From positions 18,476,001 through 18,540,000 of the forward strand of contig NC_042998.1 in the NCBI RefSeq assembly GCF_006345805.1: 64,000 bases of DNA. Reading direction: 5' to 3'. The notes under the pieces are model-generated. The model did no database searches. It was given only the letters and a program-made list of their open reading frames with translations, and had not been told where the DNA came from. Position 1 is the stretch's first letter; each line of letters starts with the position of its first letter. Position numbers and translations under genes: made by a program. Shown in pieces: positions 12,736 to 25,149 of this stretch. Origin of the DNA: Octopus sinensis. Taxonomy: Eukaryota.

Positions 12736-13125
12736 TCTTTTACTTGTTTCAGTCATTTGACTGCGGTCATGCTGGAGCACCGCCTTTAGTCGAGCAAATC
12801 GACCCCGGGACTTATTCTTTGTAAGCCCAGTACTTATTCTATCGGTCTCTTTTGCCGAACCGCTAGGTGACGGGGACGTAAACACACCAGCATCGGTTGT
12901 CAAGCAATGCTAGGGGGACAAACACACAAACACACACACACATACATATATATACATATATACGACAGGCTTCTTTCAGTTTCCGTCTACCAAATCCACT
13001 CACAAGGCATTGGTCGGCCCGGGGCTATAGCAGAAGACACTTGCCCAAGATGCCACGCAGTGGGACTGAACCCGAGCCATGTGGTTGGTTAGCAAGCTAC
13101 TTACCACACAGCCACTGCTGCGCCT
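12736..13125 (-). mobile_element. SINE family A, full length, young subfamily
   Basis: Near-identical to 49468-49886 and to the reverse complement of 7663-8073. Confidence 0.93.
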
Positions 13126-13132
13126 ATCTCTC

Positions 13133-13519
13133 TTTTTTACTCTTTTACTTGTTTCAGTCATTTAACTGTGGCCATACTGGAGCAAATCGACCCTAGGACC
13201 TATTCTTTGGAAGCCTAGTACTTATTCTATCGGCTTCTTTTGTCGAACCACTAAGTTACGGGGACGTAAACACACCAGCATCGGTTGTGAAGTGATGTTG
13301 GGCAGGGGGGGACAAACACAGACACAAACATATATACACGTACATATATATATATACGACGGGCTTCTTTCAGTTTCCGTCCACCAAATCTACTTACAAG
13401 ACTTTGGTCGGCCCGAGGCTATAGTAGAAGACACTTGCCCAAAGTGTCACACGTGGGACTGAACCCGGAACCATGTGGTTGGTAAGCTAGCTACTTACCA
13501 CACAGCCACTCCTACGCCT
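13133..13519 (-). mobile_element. SINE family A, full length, different subfamily, head-to-tail with the previous copy
   Basis: Diagnostic differences such as GACGGGC vs GACAGGC and GAGGCTATAGTAG vs GGGGCTATAGCAG. Confidence 0.9.
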
Positions 13520-14221
13520 CGTTAAAATTATTAGAAATGTAATAACTGTAAAATGATCAAGAAGTAACTACGATAAAATATTTTGCACATAAATTTGTAG
13601 CAAAGTTTGTGCAGAATTCTGCCATCTTATTTTGATACGCATGTAATAACTCATAAATTCCGTGATTCCATGTCATCAAATAAGTTTTCGATTATTTTCC
13701 ACGATGTAGAATACTGTTTGTAAGAAGAACAAGTTTATATGAGAAATAGAGGTGCGAATTGAATGTTTTAGCTGTTCTAATGTAATCAACACAAATAAAG
13801 ACTAATGGAACGAAAGCAAGAGAAATTGAAATTAGAGAACTATGATCAAAAGAATAATAACGTCTGATATATTATCTAGGTTTAAGTAAACTGAATCAAA
13901 ACACGAAAATAACGTATTTAAAATGAGCGTACATTTAATGCTACTCTTGTAAAAAAGCTATTAATATATATAGCTCATATGTAAATTGCGAATAATCACT
14001 TAACATTCTATATACATTTAATGATGCACACGGATAGAGACAGATACGCATAAAACATATGAGATTATAGATAGCTACATTGATAGGTGAATAGAAAAAA
14101 ATGATTATAGCTGTGCTCAATAATGTCTCACATAATCAGCACAGATATTTGTATAATATATTTGTCTTGAGCTGACCACTTGAATCCAGTAATAATACGG
14201 ACCCTTATCCAATGGTGCGAA

Positions 14222-14342
14222 GGGGCATGGCTCAGTAGTTAGAGCGTTGAGCTTACGATCGTGAGGTTGTGAGTTCGATTCCCGGACCGGGCTGCGTGTT
14301 GTGTTCTTGAGCATGACACTTTATTTCATGTTGCTCCAGTTT
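14222..14342 (+). mobile_element. SINE family C, 5' fragment
   Basis: TGGCTCAGTAG A box, GAGTTCGATTCCC B box, GACACTTTATTTC..TTGCTCCAGT as at 5752. Confidence 0.75.
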
Positions 14343-14391
14343 TTGACGTTGCTCCACCCAAATTTCAGGCGTTGTGCTTTCAGTGGGAAGG

Positions 14392-14429
<38 letters not shown>

Positions 14430-14442
14430 TACTACTACTACT
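14392..14442. repeat. (ATT)n(ACT)n microsatellite
   Basis: Direct. Confidence 0.95.
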
Positions 14443-15156
14443 ATTTAAGGCGGAATATCGTATATGTAAAATATAGAGAGAGAATGAAACATATACAAGT
14501 ATTCCTTCATGCAAGTATAGATATAATTTAGATTATACATTTCATGCCAGAAATTGTATGTGAACATCGTAACATATAGTGTGTGTGACCCAATTGTCAA
14601 CTATGCTCCAGTAACAAAACCGCGGATACTAATCTCGGTCAAGAAGATGTTCAGCTATTAAGCATAGTACTATATGCTACGTTGCTCCAATTCACTCAGC
14701 TAGCAAAATTGAATATTAAGTTCGACAGAGCGAATTAGAATTTGCCGTCGGTATACGCACACACTTCCATAAATACGCGTCTATGATAACACACACACAC
14801 ACACAGTCACGGCTTATTTACACTGCTTCCTATTTTCTTATGAATTACTCTCCTACCGTGTTGAAAAGCATTTGCGACATTAGCTAATGCATTAGTGGAT
14901 AACAAATCTAGGATGGTTACAGTGAAACCCCGTTTCTCTTGCGCATTGTTGTGCTGGAATGATCAAGTGTAAAAACCTTTAGATAAATCGTGACTGCAAT
15001 TTCATGAGTGAAAGATGGTAGTGAAGAAGGAATCGAATAACGCAATGCTTTCTGTTCGTTCAAAAATCTGTGCTTTTAGTTGCATGTTTGCAGTAATTTT
15101 GAATGACCTGGATTAGTGAAATGGTGCATAAAGATGCATCTAAAAGAAAATTAGAG

Positions 15157-15561
15157 TAGAAAAAATCAAGGATCTTTTTGGTTTGAACAGCAGTTTTTAA
15201 CATAATTTCGAGGTAACTAAAAAATTTTAAACTTCTTATACTGGTAGAATGTGTTTATAAAATATCTTTTTCTCTTGGATTTATTGAGAAACTTCTATAG
15301 TTTGTAACATATTTGTTGTTTTTTTTTCTTCAATTTCTGCAATTTCAACCAATTAGTGACGCGTATTGAGGTAAAAAAAACATTCTGTGCCGTATGAATA
15401 TGTCCCTCGTTTAAGAAACAGATTGGGTTTATTTACAATTGTGAAGAAAAAAAAGATACCCTTCCCCCACCCCTAACCCTTACCCTAACCCTAACACAGA
15501 TTGAAATGCAATAGATCGGTACTAGAGTCATAATTATGGGTGACAATTTAATATGACACCG
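15157..15561. mobile_element. Probable non-autonomous DNA element containing an interstitial (CCCTAA)4-like tract
   Basis: CCCTAA-CCCTTA-CCCTAA-CCCTAA at 15471-15494, then a distinct end ...TGACAATTTAATATGACACCG. Left boundary uncertain. Confidence 0.35.
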
Positions 15562-16404
15562 CTAGAATAAACTGCCGTTCAAAGCGAAAAGATCCAAAAT
15601 CAGAGTATTGTGTACCTCCATATCATGTCTTGCCTCATCGATCTGAACGAAAATATTGTACGGAATGCTAATAATATTAGGCCTCGTAAAATTTACCAGC
15701 CTGAACCCAAATATATACGCACATAAATAAATAAGAAAACAATAACCCTGTGCAATATCTGGCACTGCGGGATAGAAGAGAGAGTGTGCTTCATAAGCTA
15801 CACGAATGATTTAATAAACAAATACTGTAAACACAAGCTATTTCACAAAGTGATTTCATATAATCACCGAAAGTGAGTACAATACAAAGTTTAACTAATT
15901 CTAATAATTGTGAGATGTCAAATAGATTTCTGGCTGATGAAAATTCGACGTTGAAGGCATAATCAAATATTCAAAATACGATCTACTGATTTGTAACATC
16001 TGCCCTCGTTACAAATTCATGTTATTATTGGAAGTCAACAATTGCCCACGAACGTGATGAACTCGGTGAACAACTTTTTATAATGTTTTTATGGTATGTT
16101 ATTGATCACAATACAACTGAAGGCTGGGTTTACGTCAAAAAATCAATTGGGATATTGTTGCAGCTGATATATTTTAAGATTGATGTATTAGAGATTTTTT
16201 ACATGGAATAGTAAAATGAATAGCAGCGACCCTGGCCTCTCTAGGGCGTTTGACGTTGGTTGGAGGAACAGAAGCGACATGCTAATGGAAATGAGGATCG
16301 CAGTTAATTTGCATAATGTGAATGGCATTTGCATTTCAAAATGCCTGAGGTTAATCTATATTAAAAGTATTCATGATAGCGTGTAGTATTATATTTGGGA
16401 ACAA

Positions 16405-16600
16405 GACGACGAGCCGGCAGAATCTTTAGCACACTGGGCAAAATGCTTAGCCACGTTTCGTTCGTCCGTCTTTTTGTCCAGAGTTCAAATTCTGCTGAGG
16501 CTCACTTTGCCTTTCATCCATTTGCGGTCGATAAGATAAGTACTGATTGAATATTGGAGTCAATGTAATCGACTTACTCCTTCCCACGAAATTTCCAAAT
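16405..16600 (+). mobile_element. SINE family B
   Basis: GAGCCGGCAGAATC head, GAGTTCAAATTC B box, CTTTGCCTTTCATCC core. Confidence 0.8.
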
Positions 16601-16814
16601 GCAATTTCACTGCACATTCCTAGACATATTCGCTACTGTATTTCAGAGGGTTAGAACGATTAAATGTGGCATTAGTAACATTTAGCTTCGATATCCGATC
16701 TATTTAAAAACTAGACTATCCATACCTTATTTCATGTCAAACAGCAACATGATACCTTTCGTTAAAACCCTTCCGTATCGAGAACTATGATGGTATGATA
16801 TGGGCTTTTATTAC

Positions 16815-16985
16815 TCATACGGTCTCAACGTATATTGGTTTAAATTTTGGCACAAGGCCAGCAATTTGGAGCGAGGGTTAGTCGATGAGATCAACACCAT
16901 TGCTCAACTGGTTACTAATTTTATCAATTCCGAAAGGATGAAAGGTAAAATCGAAATCGGTGGGATTTTGAACTCAAGTGCAAAC
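16815..16985 (-). mobile_element. SINE family B, 3' part
   Basis: TTTATCAATTCCGAAAGGATGAAAGGTAAA..TTTGAACTCA is the reverse complement of the core. Confidence 0.65.
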
Positions 16986-18026
16986 TGGAAAAAAATATTT
17001 ATTTATATGAATGAGAAATTTTCTTAAAAGAACACAATAGTGTGCATGTTGAAGCCTTTAACGTTAATGAGTATAATTGATATCACAGAATTATCCTATT
17101 GAGAGGAATATAATGTACCTATATTTACATTATAGTATACTATTGAAAATGCCTAATACACTTGTTAAAGCCGACATCATATTATCTTAAATGTTGCTAG
17201 ATAATGTTTACAACTGTTCAATAACATGAAAATACCAAACGAATATTCAACAGACAATTGAACACACACACATACGCATATACACTCGCATAGTCACACT
17301 CTGAGACCTTCTATTATATATAATTAGCATATATGAGTATGAGATTGTGTGTCTTTCTATGTGAATAGGTTGGAATGCGCATGAGTAAGAGCATATGTAT
17401 ATGTATACAACACAGAGACTTTCTCTCTAAAAATCATTGGAGAGTGGGGAAGAATTATGTCAGTCAGAATGGTAACAATGTTATCTCAGAGTCGCTGAAA
17501 TGTAAGAAATAAACACACTCTACAATAGTGAACTTTTGACGTCCGCAGACTTAATCCACGCTGCATTCATTGAGAGACATGCGAATTTGTTCATACAAAT
17601 AGCAGCTGAAATGCTTGCTTATTGTTAACTTACACAAGTAAAGGTGAAACGTTTAAGGTTACAGTAATGAATACGTCGATTCATTTACAAGCAGAGTGCG
17701 TTCTAAATATAAATTGAAAGCAATATATTTGCTGAACATTCAGGTAAAGAGCAAAAAAGAAAAGATATGTATAAAAGAAACTGAAACAAAAGTGACCGGA
17801 AATAACTGCACAATTAATTTAAAGATTTCTAAAATATCAATATTAAAGAATATACTCTAATGACGGTGTACGAAACAACAACAATAACAAGAACAATGGT
17901 GAAAAATATAGAAAAAATATTGATTTGTCTGATCCTAATAAATCCAGAGAAAATTGAAACGAGAATTCAAAAGAGCAGGCAAAAAGAATATGTAGAATAG
18001 TGGAACAACAGCAGAAACGCAATATA

Positions 18027-18250
18027 TTTCTCTTCTCTTGGTTTGGCTTCGCGAACGAAGATTAAAGAGGGGCTGTCCCACGTTGAATGCAGGCACGCTC
18101 GTAACTGACAAGGTCAATGCGGTACAGATAGGTACAGTCGCATTGGCTGCAGTTGGAGGCCTGGTCACGTTTAGATGACGTGGAGTTTCTTTTCTTCTGC
18201 CTGAGTTTTTTGTCCTTGAGAATGGCTCTGCGGATGTTTTCAGAGAAAAC
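18027..18250 (-). mobile_element. RTE-like LINE 3' end with decayed C-terminal zinc finger
   Basis: ILKDKKLRQKKRNSTSS..CSQC-x12-Y(H>Y)-ERAC..stop at 18062-18064, then a short UTR GCGAAGCCAAACC and an (AAGAG)n tail. Confidence 0.6.
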
Positions 18251-20368
18251 AGTATAGTTGATGCAATAACCGGAAAATATACACACATGCACACACACGC
18301 ATACACATACACATACGTGCGTGCACACACATACACATAAGCACACACACACAGGCAGAGCCATTGTCATCTCAGCTTTACTGCATGGTGTAGAAGCAGG
18401 GACAATTTACAAAACACAAGTCAAAACTGTGCTTTTGTCATGCCACCACTGAGAGTTATCACGAACATCAAATGGTGATATTCCTAGGCATGGTAACTTT
18501 CAATCCATGGACAATCTAATCATGCAAAAAATTTTCCCTTGGAGAGACCACATAGGCAGACTTGGTAATGATAGACTCGCAAAGAAAGTCATATTCTCCC
18601 AACTAACAGTAATTATGACTATCATAACATTAGTAGACCCAAAGTGAGATTCAAGGACAAAGTCAAGCGGAAACGAAAAGAGAAACAGAGACAGACAGAC
18701 AGACAGAAACCTAGAGCTGGATAGACTCAACATTTTTTATATTAAGTGAAAGCAAATTAACATTAGAAATACTAAATCAGAAGAAAAATTGGTAAAGAAT
18801 TTATAGTCTTCATAGAGTATTTGTTAATGTGGTAAAAATTGTTATAATGTATTTTTAGTACATGTTTCTTTGTATTTTTTTTTTATAATTTGGATTTAAA
18901 TACTGCCGTGTAATTTTTATGTTTTCTTCTCAAGTTACATATAAGGCTTTATTTAAACTTTCCACTCTGTGATAGTAAAGTTTGCTATAGCCCCCCCACC
19001 CCCACCAAAATAATTGATGATGAAGTGTGTGTGTATGCGTATTTGTATACACATACATATATATATGTATGTGTATTTGTGATTTTAGATGTTTGTTTTG
19101 TATAACGATACGGATTCAACTAACGACATTATTTTTTCATAATACTATGTAATTAGCGCACACACTTCATACCTCTTGTTACCATGTCTCTTCTATAAGA
19201 TTTGTTTTTTTTTTTTTCTATATCTTAAGCAAAATAACTATCATGAGATCTAAATCCAATTTCGAAGCAGAATTCATCGCTTGCTAAATATTGTATAGAG
19301 GCGAAGTAAGTAATCAGATCAATCTATTCAAGGAAGTATAATGATGAAATGTAAACTGATGAAGCGTAAAGATAAAATGAAAACTTCGAAAGCCGTAAAA
19401 GTAAAATAATGATATTGAAGTAAACAAATTTAATGTCTGAACATTGTTAAATGTCTTTTAAACAGATAACGTTAAGCAAAACGCAACATACGACAGACAC
19501 ATTAAACTAAATGCTTCCAGAATATAGATATTAACAGATATTATATTCCAAAGCAACACGTGTTTACAATCTGCTACCAATCGAGAAAGCTGCCCTGAAT
19601 ATTTAAAAGACTAATGTTCCTTTTCATTTATTTATTTATTCATTTGCTTCTTTTATTTATTTTTACATGCGAAGTAATTATTACACGTTGCGAGTTATTA
19701 GCAGCGTATAAGTGAGAATAATTGTTTTTGAAATGACAAGAAAAATTGAATTTGAAAATGCAATTTTTTTCCCTCAAAATGAAGCTGCGTAATAAATTGT
19801 AAATGAATGGTTATTTATTAAAACTCATTGATATTCCAAGACTAAACAATAATCTCAGATAACAGACATTAAACAGAAAACATGCTTTGAATGAACAAAG
19901 CATATGTAAATACATCGTTGGTGATGTCTGAATGTGTCAGCTATCATAGACCTCAATCAACACTGTGCCCAAACTTATAATACTAAAGAACAAGTTCTAT
20001 CCCTCTCTTCCCCGCTTTGATCTTTTTGATATTCCATAGCGTTTTGTTAAGCTGAGATATTAGAATACTGGTTAAATAATGAAGCATGTAAAACATATTC
20101 TAGTCGCAGTAATGTGAGGATCGTTAGATTCAGATATGTAGGCATGCATTGCTTTCGTTAATGATACGGAAGGACATGCATACATTACAAAATATATTCG
20201 GGGTTATTGACTTTGTGATATGTAATGCAAGATATAAGTAAATTATTTCTCTCTGTCTCCCTCTCTCTCTGTCTCTCTCTCTCTCTCTCTGTATTTGTGT
20301 GTGTGCGCACACAGAGAGAGACGCACAGACACACACAGACACACACACACATATAAATATATGTGTAG

Positions 20369-20556
20369 TGGCGAGCTTAGCGGTATTTCGTCTGCCGTTA
20401 CGTTCTGAGTTCAAACTCCTCCGAGGTCGACTTTGCCTTTCCTTCTTTCAGTGTCGATTAAATAAGTACCAGTTACGCACTGGGGTCGGTGTAATCGACT
20501 TTAACCCTTTGTGTTGCTCCCTCTATGTTTAGTTCCCTGTGGGCAATAAAGAAATT
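20369..20556 (+). mobile_element. SINE family B with deleted head
   Basis: GGCGAGCTTAGCGGTATTTCGTC...GTGGGCAATAAAGAAA. Confidence 0.8.
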
Positions 20557-21280
20557 TTCTGCTGCTTTAAATAGAGCATATTACTCTACCACTGGTATTT
20601 GAGTACTCTTTTTTCCACCTTGTTTCACATTTATGTGTTTACTCCGGTATATATATATATATATGTATATAGCAAAAGATAATAGGCGCCGGGCAGAAAA
20701 TTAGCGTAAGCTACGATTTATGTGTGTGCGTTTATACACCAAACGACTATATGAGAGATTCCCTCAAGGGGAATGACGCAATATTCGGTTTTCTAATAAA
20801 CTATCCATGCTAAGTTGAATACAAAGATTATCTTTTGGTATCAGTACTAACTCTGACGCTAATAATCAATAGATAAGTAGATAGATAGATTAATAGATGC
20901 ATATATATTTCTTCTTTTTTTCTTATTCCCATTCCATGCTGCAGTGAGCAGCGATGCATACTTCGGGAGTTCTCCACACGTATATGACTTTTAATAGCAA
21001 GATATCCCTAGCCCCTTAAAGAAACCCCTGCTGAATTTTTGACTATCTTGCCACTACCTTATCTCCTCATGAGATTCCTCACAGTGCAACGTGAGCTATT
21101 CCTCGAGAGTAACGAAAACTAAATAAATAGTTAAGTGAAGAATAACAGCCAGTACTTTACCGATACGTCATATATTTACAGGAGAGACACAACTGCCATT
21201 TGTCTCTCTCCCGGCAATGTAGAAGAGTGAAGGAAGAAGACAAATTTTAGGCTTTGCACGCACTTTGGTGCATAAATATA

Positions 21281-21664
21281 GTGGCTGTGTGATAGGTAGC
21301 TTGCTTACCAACTACATGGTTCGTGGTTCAGTCCCATTGTGTGGCACCTTGGGCAAGTGTCTTCTACTATAGCCGCGGGCCGACCAAATCATTGAGAGTG
21401 GATTTGGTAGAGGGAAACTGAAAGAAACCCGTCGTATATATATATGAATGTGTATATGTTTGTGTGTCTGTGATTGAAACCCCCCCCCAACATCGCTTGA
21501 CAGCCGATGCTGGTGTGTTTACGTCCCCGTAACTTAGCGGTTCGGCAAAAGAGACCGATAGAATAAGTACTAGGCTTACAGAGAATAAATCCTGGGGTCA
21601 ATTTGCTCGACTAAAGGCAGTGCTCTAGCATGGCCACAGTCAAATGACTGAAACAAGTAAAAGA

Positions 21665-21716
<52 letters not shown>
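21281..21716 (+). mobile_element. SINE family A with (GA)n tail
   Basis: Both modules present; the 3' end runs into (GA)n. Confidence 0.88.
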
Positions 21717-21719
<3 letters not shown>

Positions 21720-22816
21720 ATACATTATAGTTTTTCTTTTTAGTAAATAAAAGCCATGTAATTTGATATTCTGCATCGCAGTGCACGTCAGTTGCTGATT
21801 GATATTTTCCAGGAGGAAATAATGATTTTTTTCCAAGAATATATCCTATACCGGGAAAATTGTACATTTGTCGCTCTCTCTCTATGAGAGGTAATGTTGT
21901 CATTGAGACCCAAAGGTGTCCGGTAATGTTGATTTCTAGCAAAGGAAGTAGGCCTCGACCAAAATAGAATCATACTATCGATATCGAATTTTGAAAAATA
22001 AAGTCGAAATTGGAATGATTCGAACTCAGAAACTGAAGTTTTGCAACTAAATCACACAAAGCATTTTGTCCGATGCTACACCGTTTCTGCTAATGCATCT
22101 AATTTTTCTCGAAAAATATACGCATAAGACCTCACATATGGCCACAGCAATAGTCGACTAAATCAATTTAAGTACTTGACTGGTACTCTATTGTATCGAT
22201 TCTCCAAAGAATGAAAGTCGCAGATTTGAACTCAGAACCTAAAAGATGGTAAGTAAATATCACACAGAGTAATATTATTGCACACTTTGCCGTATCTAAA
22301 AATCCAATAACCTTTGCTGTGTAAATATTAAGAGAAATCAATAACACGATTTTGGTCAAAACTATAGAAGAGATAGAAGTTTTTGATAAGACGCCTCTTT
22401 GAACTGTTTTCATTTTATTTCTTTATTTCTTTTTATGATCGATTCGCAGTCTTGTGATATACACCAATATAAATGCAACGGACGATATGAATAGTAGAAG
22501 CCAGTTGAATGCTGTGCAGTAAATATAATATCCCAGCTAACTAAAGTATTTTATTAAGTGCTGTATTATGGTTTATGAACCACGCCTATCTTGCCAGCTG
22601 AGAGTAATGTTTCCTTTCCACTTACTCTATGTCTTTCAATGATACTTCCAGTACGTCACAAAACAGAAACCTCGAAGTGGTTGCTCAAACCGCTAGAAAG
22701 AGTAATCAAGTTTTCTAAGCATCACCTTCAACTCTTTACATGGAAGGACTATATTTATAGGCTCATAATATGTGTGTATGTGTTTGTGTACTCACACACA
22801 TCTATGTATATATGTA

Positions 22817-22903
<87 letters not shown>

Positions 22904-23124
22904 ATACATGCGCATACATATGCCGGTATGACGAATTACAAAACAGTAATTCTTGTTTTGTTAACATTATCTCCGCCTCTAGAAGATGTATAATAATTAT
23001 CAAATAGCAATTATGACTAGTTCCACTAGCGAAAAGGAGTTAATTTCAACATTCAAAGAAACAAAGAAATATATAAAGAAGGAGTGACCTAAACATGGGT
23101 GTTCCCTAAGAGTCGATGACACTG

Positions 23125-23167
<43 letters not shown>

Positions 23168-24204
23168 TGTGTGTGTATGTGTGTGATGTGTGTGTGTATG
23201 TGTGCGTGTATGTGTGTTTGTGTGTGTGTGTTTAAGTGAACATGTATGCGTGAAATGTATGGATACGCATAACTCCTAAAAGAACGGGGTGGTCACAGGT
23301 GCAATACATTTATTCGATAATCCAGCCTGACTTTGAGTGAAAGAAGATCACCATCAAGAATCACAGCAGACAAAAGGACGACCATAATAAAGAAAATACG
23401 GGCAACAAGTTCAAAAAGTGAAAAGAAAACGAACTAAAACCCAGTCAAATGATTGGTCGACGAGAGGGGATCCAAGTGATTACTTGCCCTGTTAGACGTA
23501 ATCGAGGAATCAATCAATCTGACACTACATCCAGATGCATCGGAGAATGGAAATATATATCGATAGATAGATTAGTTCATAAAATAATTTTAATTGGTAT
23601 CGAACACCTTTAACAAGACAGAAAACAGCATCTCAGAACACTTATGTCCGAAATCAAAGAAATAAAGCTAATAAGCTCTATCCTTATTTTTATAGTTTTA
23701 CCAGAAATATATGAATTTATAGTCCTGAATCAACATTGATCATATATTTCAATATCTGCACTTGAATCTACCCAAGACTAGACTAATATTTTATTACTAC
23801 GATAAGTTTACTTCTTCGGGTTTCATACTAAACTCGATAATATAGATATTAAATACTTCATCTATCAGCCTTTAATTTCCTGATATTTATTTCCATTGTT
23901 TGTTTTACGACGTCAATCAATAACATCTGTAGGAAAGATTGTTCCAAATTGCAAACTAACTTCAACGAAATTATTATTTTATTGAACAAATCAGCTAGAT
24001 ATGGCTGCGTGGTTAAGTGGAAGATCATATTTCAATCGGGTACAGCTTCATTCGTACAAAATGTCCGACCGTTTCAGCTTGATTTCTACTGTCCCAAACG
24101 TAACAAATACAAGAGGGAAATTCTATAGAACGAAACTGGAATATCCTCATATCATATATGAGCATGCGCATATATATATAAGTATATGGACGCAGGCGTG
24201 CGCA

Positions 24205-24485
24205 TCATGCTTCACAACTGCAGGGTTCTGGGTTCAGTCCCACTGCGTGTCAGCATTGGCAGGTGTTTTCCCCTAAAAACTCAGGCCGACCGAAGCCTTG
24301 TGATTGGATTTGATAGACGGAACCTGAATGAATCCCGTTAGGTGTGTGTGTGTGTGTGTGTGTGTTCAACATTGCTTGACAACCGATGTTGGTGTGTTTA
24401 TGTCACCGTAACTTAGCGGCTTAGCGGTCCGGCAAAAGTAAAAATGGCCGATAGAATAAGTCCTAGGCTTACAAAGAATAAGTCT
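24205..24485 (+). mobile_element. SINE family A, degenerate
   Basis: GGGTTCAGTCCCACTGCG, GGATTTGATAGACGGAA, CTTGACAACCGATGTTGGTGTG blocks. Confidence 0.75.
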
Positions 24486-24794
24486 GGAGAGAGAGAGAGA
24501 GGGAGAGAGAGAGAGAAATATGTCGATACACACAAACAGAAAACCTGATGTTTTCTGTTTCATCAAAATCCACCAGGAAAGAAAGTGCCATATGATAGAG
24601 ATTTGAAAAGCGACATATTATTATTTTTTTTAAACAAACAAGAGAATTATGTTGATTTGAAAACTATAAAAACGAAATAATAATACCCGTAATGGTGGGG
24701 TTCGAAACAATATTGAGTATAATAGACGAAAAAATTTCAATTGCGACAATATTATGCACAGTATTATTTCAAATTTTTGCCGAATGAGGAGCTT

Positions 24795-24928
24795 GGAGGA
24801 GTTGAGGATGAGTCGATTACATTGACACCAGAGTTCAAATGGCATTTAATTTATCGATCCGAAAAGATGAATGGCAAAGTCGACTTCGGCGGAATTCGAC
24901 CACAGAACACAGCGGCGGACGAAATACC
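24795..24928 (-). mobile_element. SINE family B, older copy truncated by the adjacent copy
   Basis: Core AATTTATCGATCCGAAAAGATGAATGGCAAAGTCGAC, ending at GACGAAATACC. Confidence 0.7.
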
Positions 24929-25149
24929 TATTTCTTTACTACCCACAAGGGGTTAAACACAGAGAGGACAAACAAACGGATTAAGTCGATTACATCGACC
25001 CCAGTGCGTAACTGGTACTTAATTTATCGACACCGAAAGGATGAAAGGCAAAGTTGATCTCGGCGGAATTTGAACTCAGAACGTAATGGCAGACGAAATA
25101 CGGCTACGCATTTCGCCCGGTGTGCTAACGTTTCTGCCAGTTCTCTGCC
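24929..25149 (-). mobile_element. SINE family B, full length
   Basis: Near-identical architecture to 54843-55043. Confidence 0.9.

Noticed and set aside
10926-13196. Recurrent ORFs containing ARGYSRRHLPKMPRSGTEP
   Set aside because: Antisense or sense translation of SINE family A, repeated wherever the SINE occurs.
15471-15494. True telomere or chromosome fusion scar
   Set aside because: Only four units, in one orientation, embedded in other sequence.
19351-19400. CTGATGA...CTTC-GAAA-GCCG-TA hammerhead-like string
   Set aside because: Helix I cannot pair and stem II overlaps the core.
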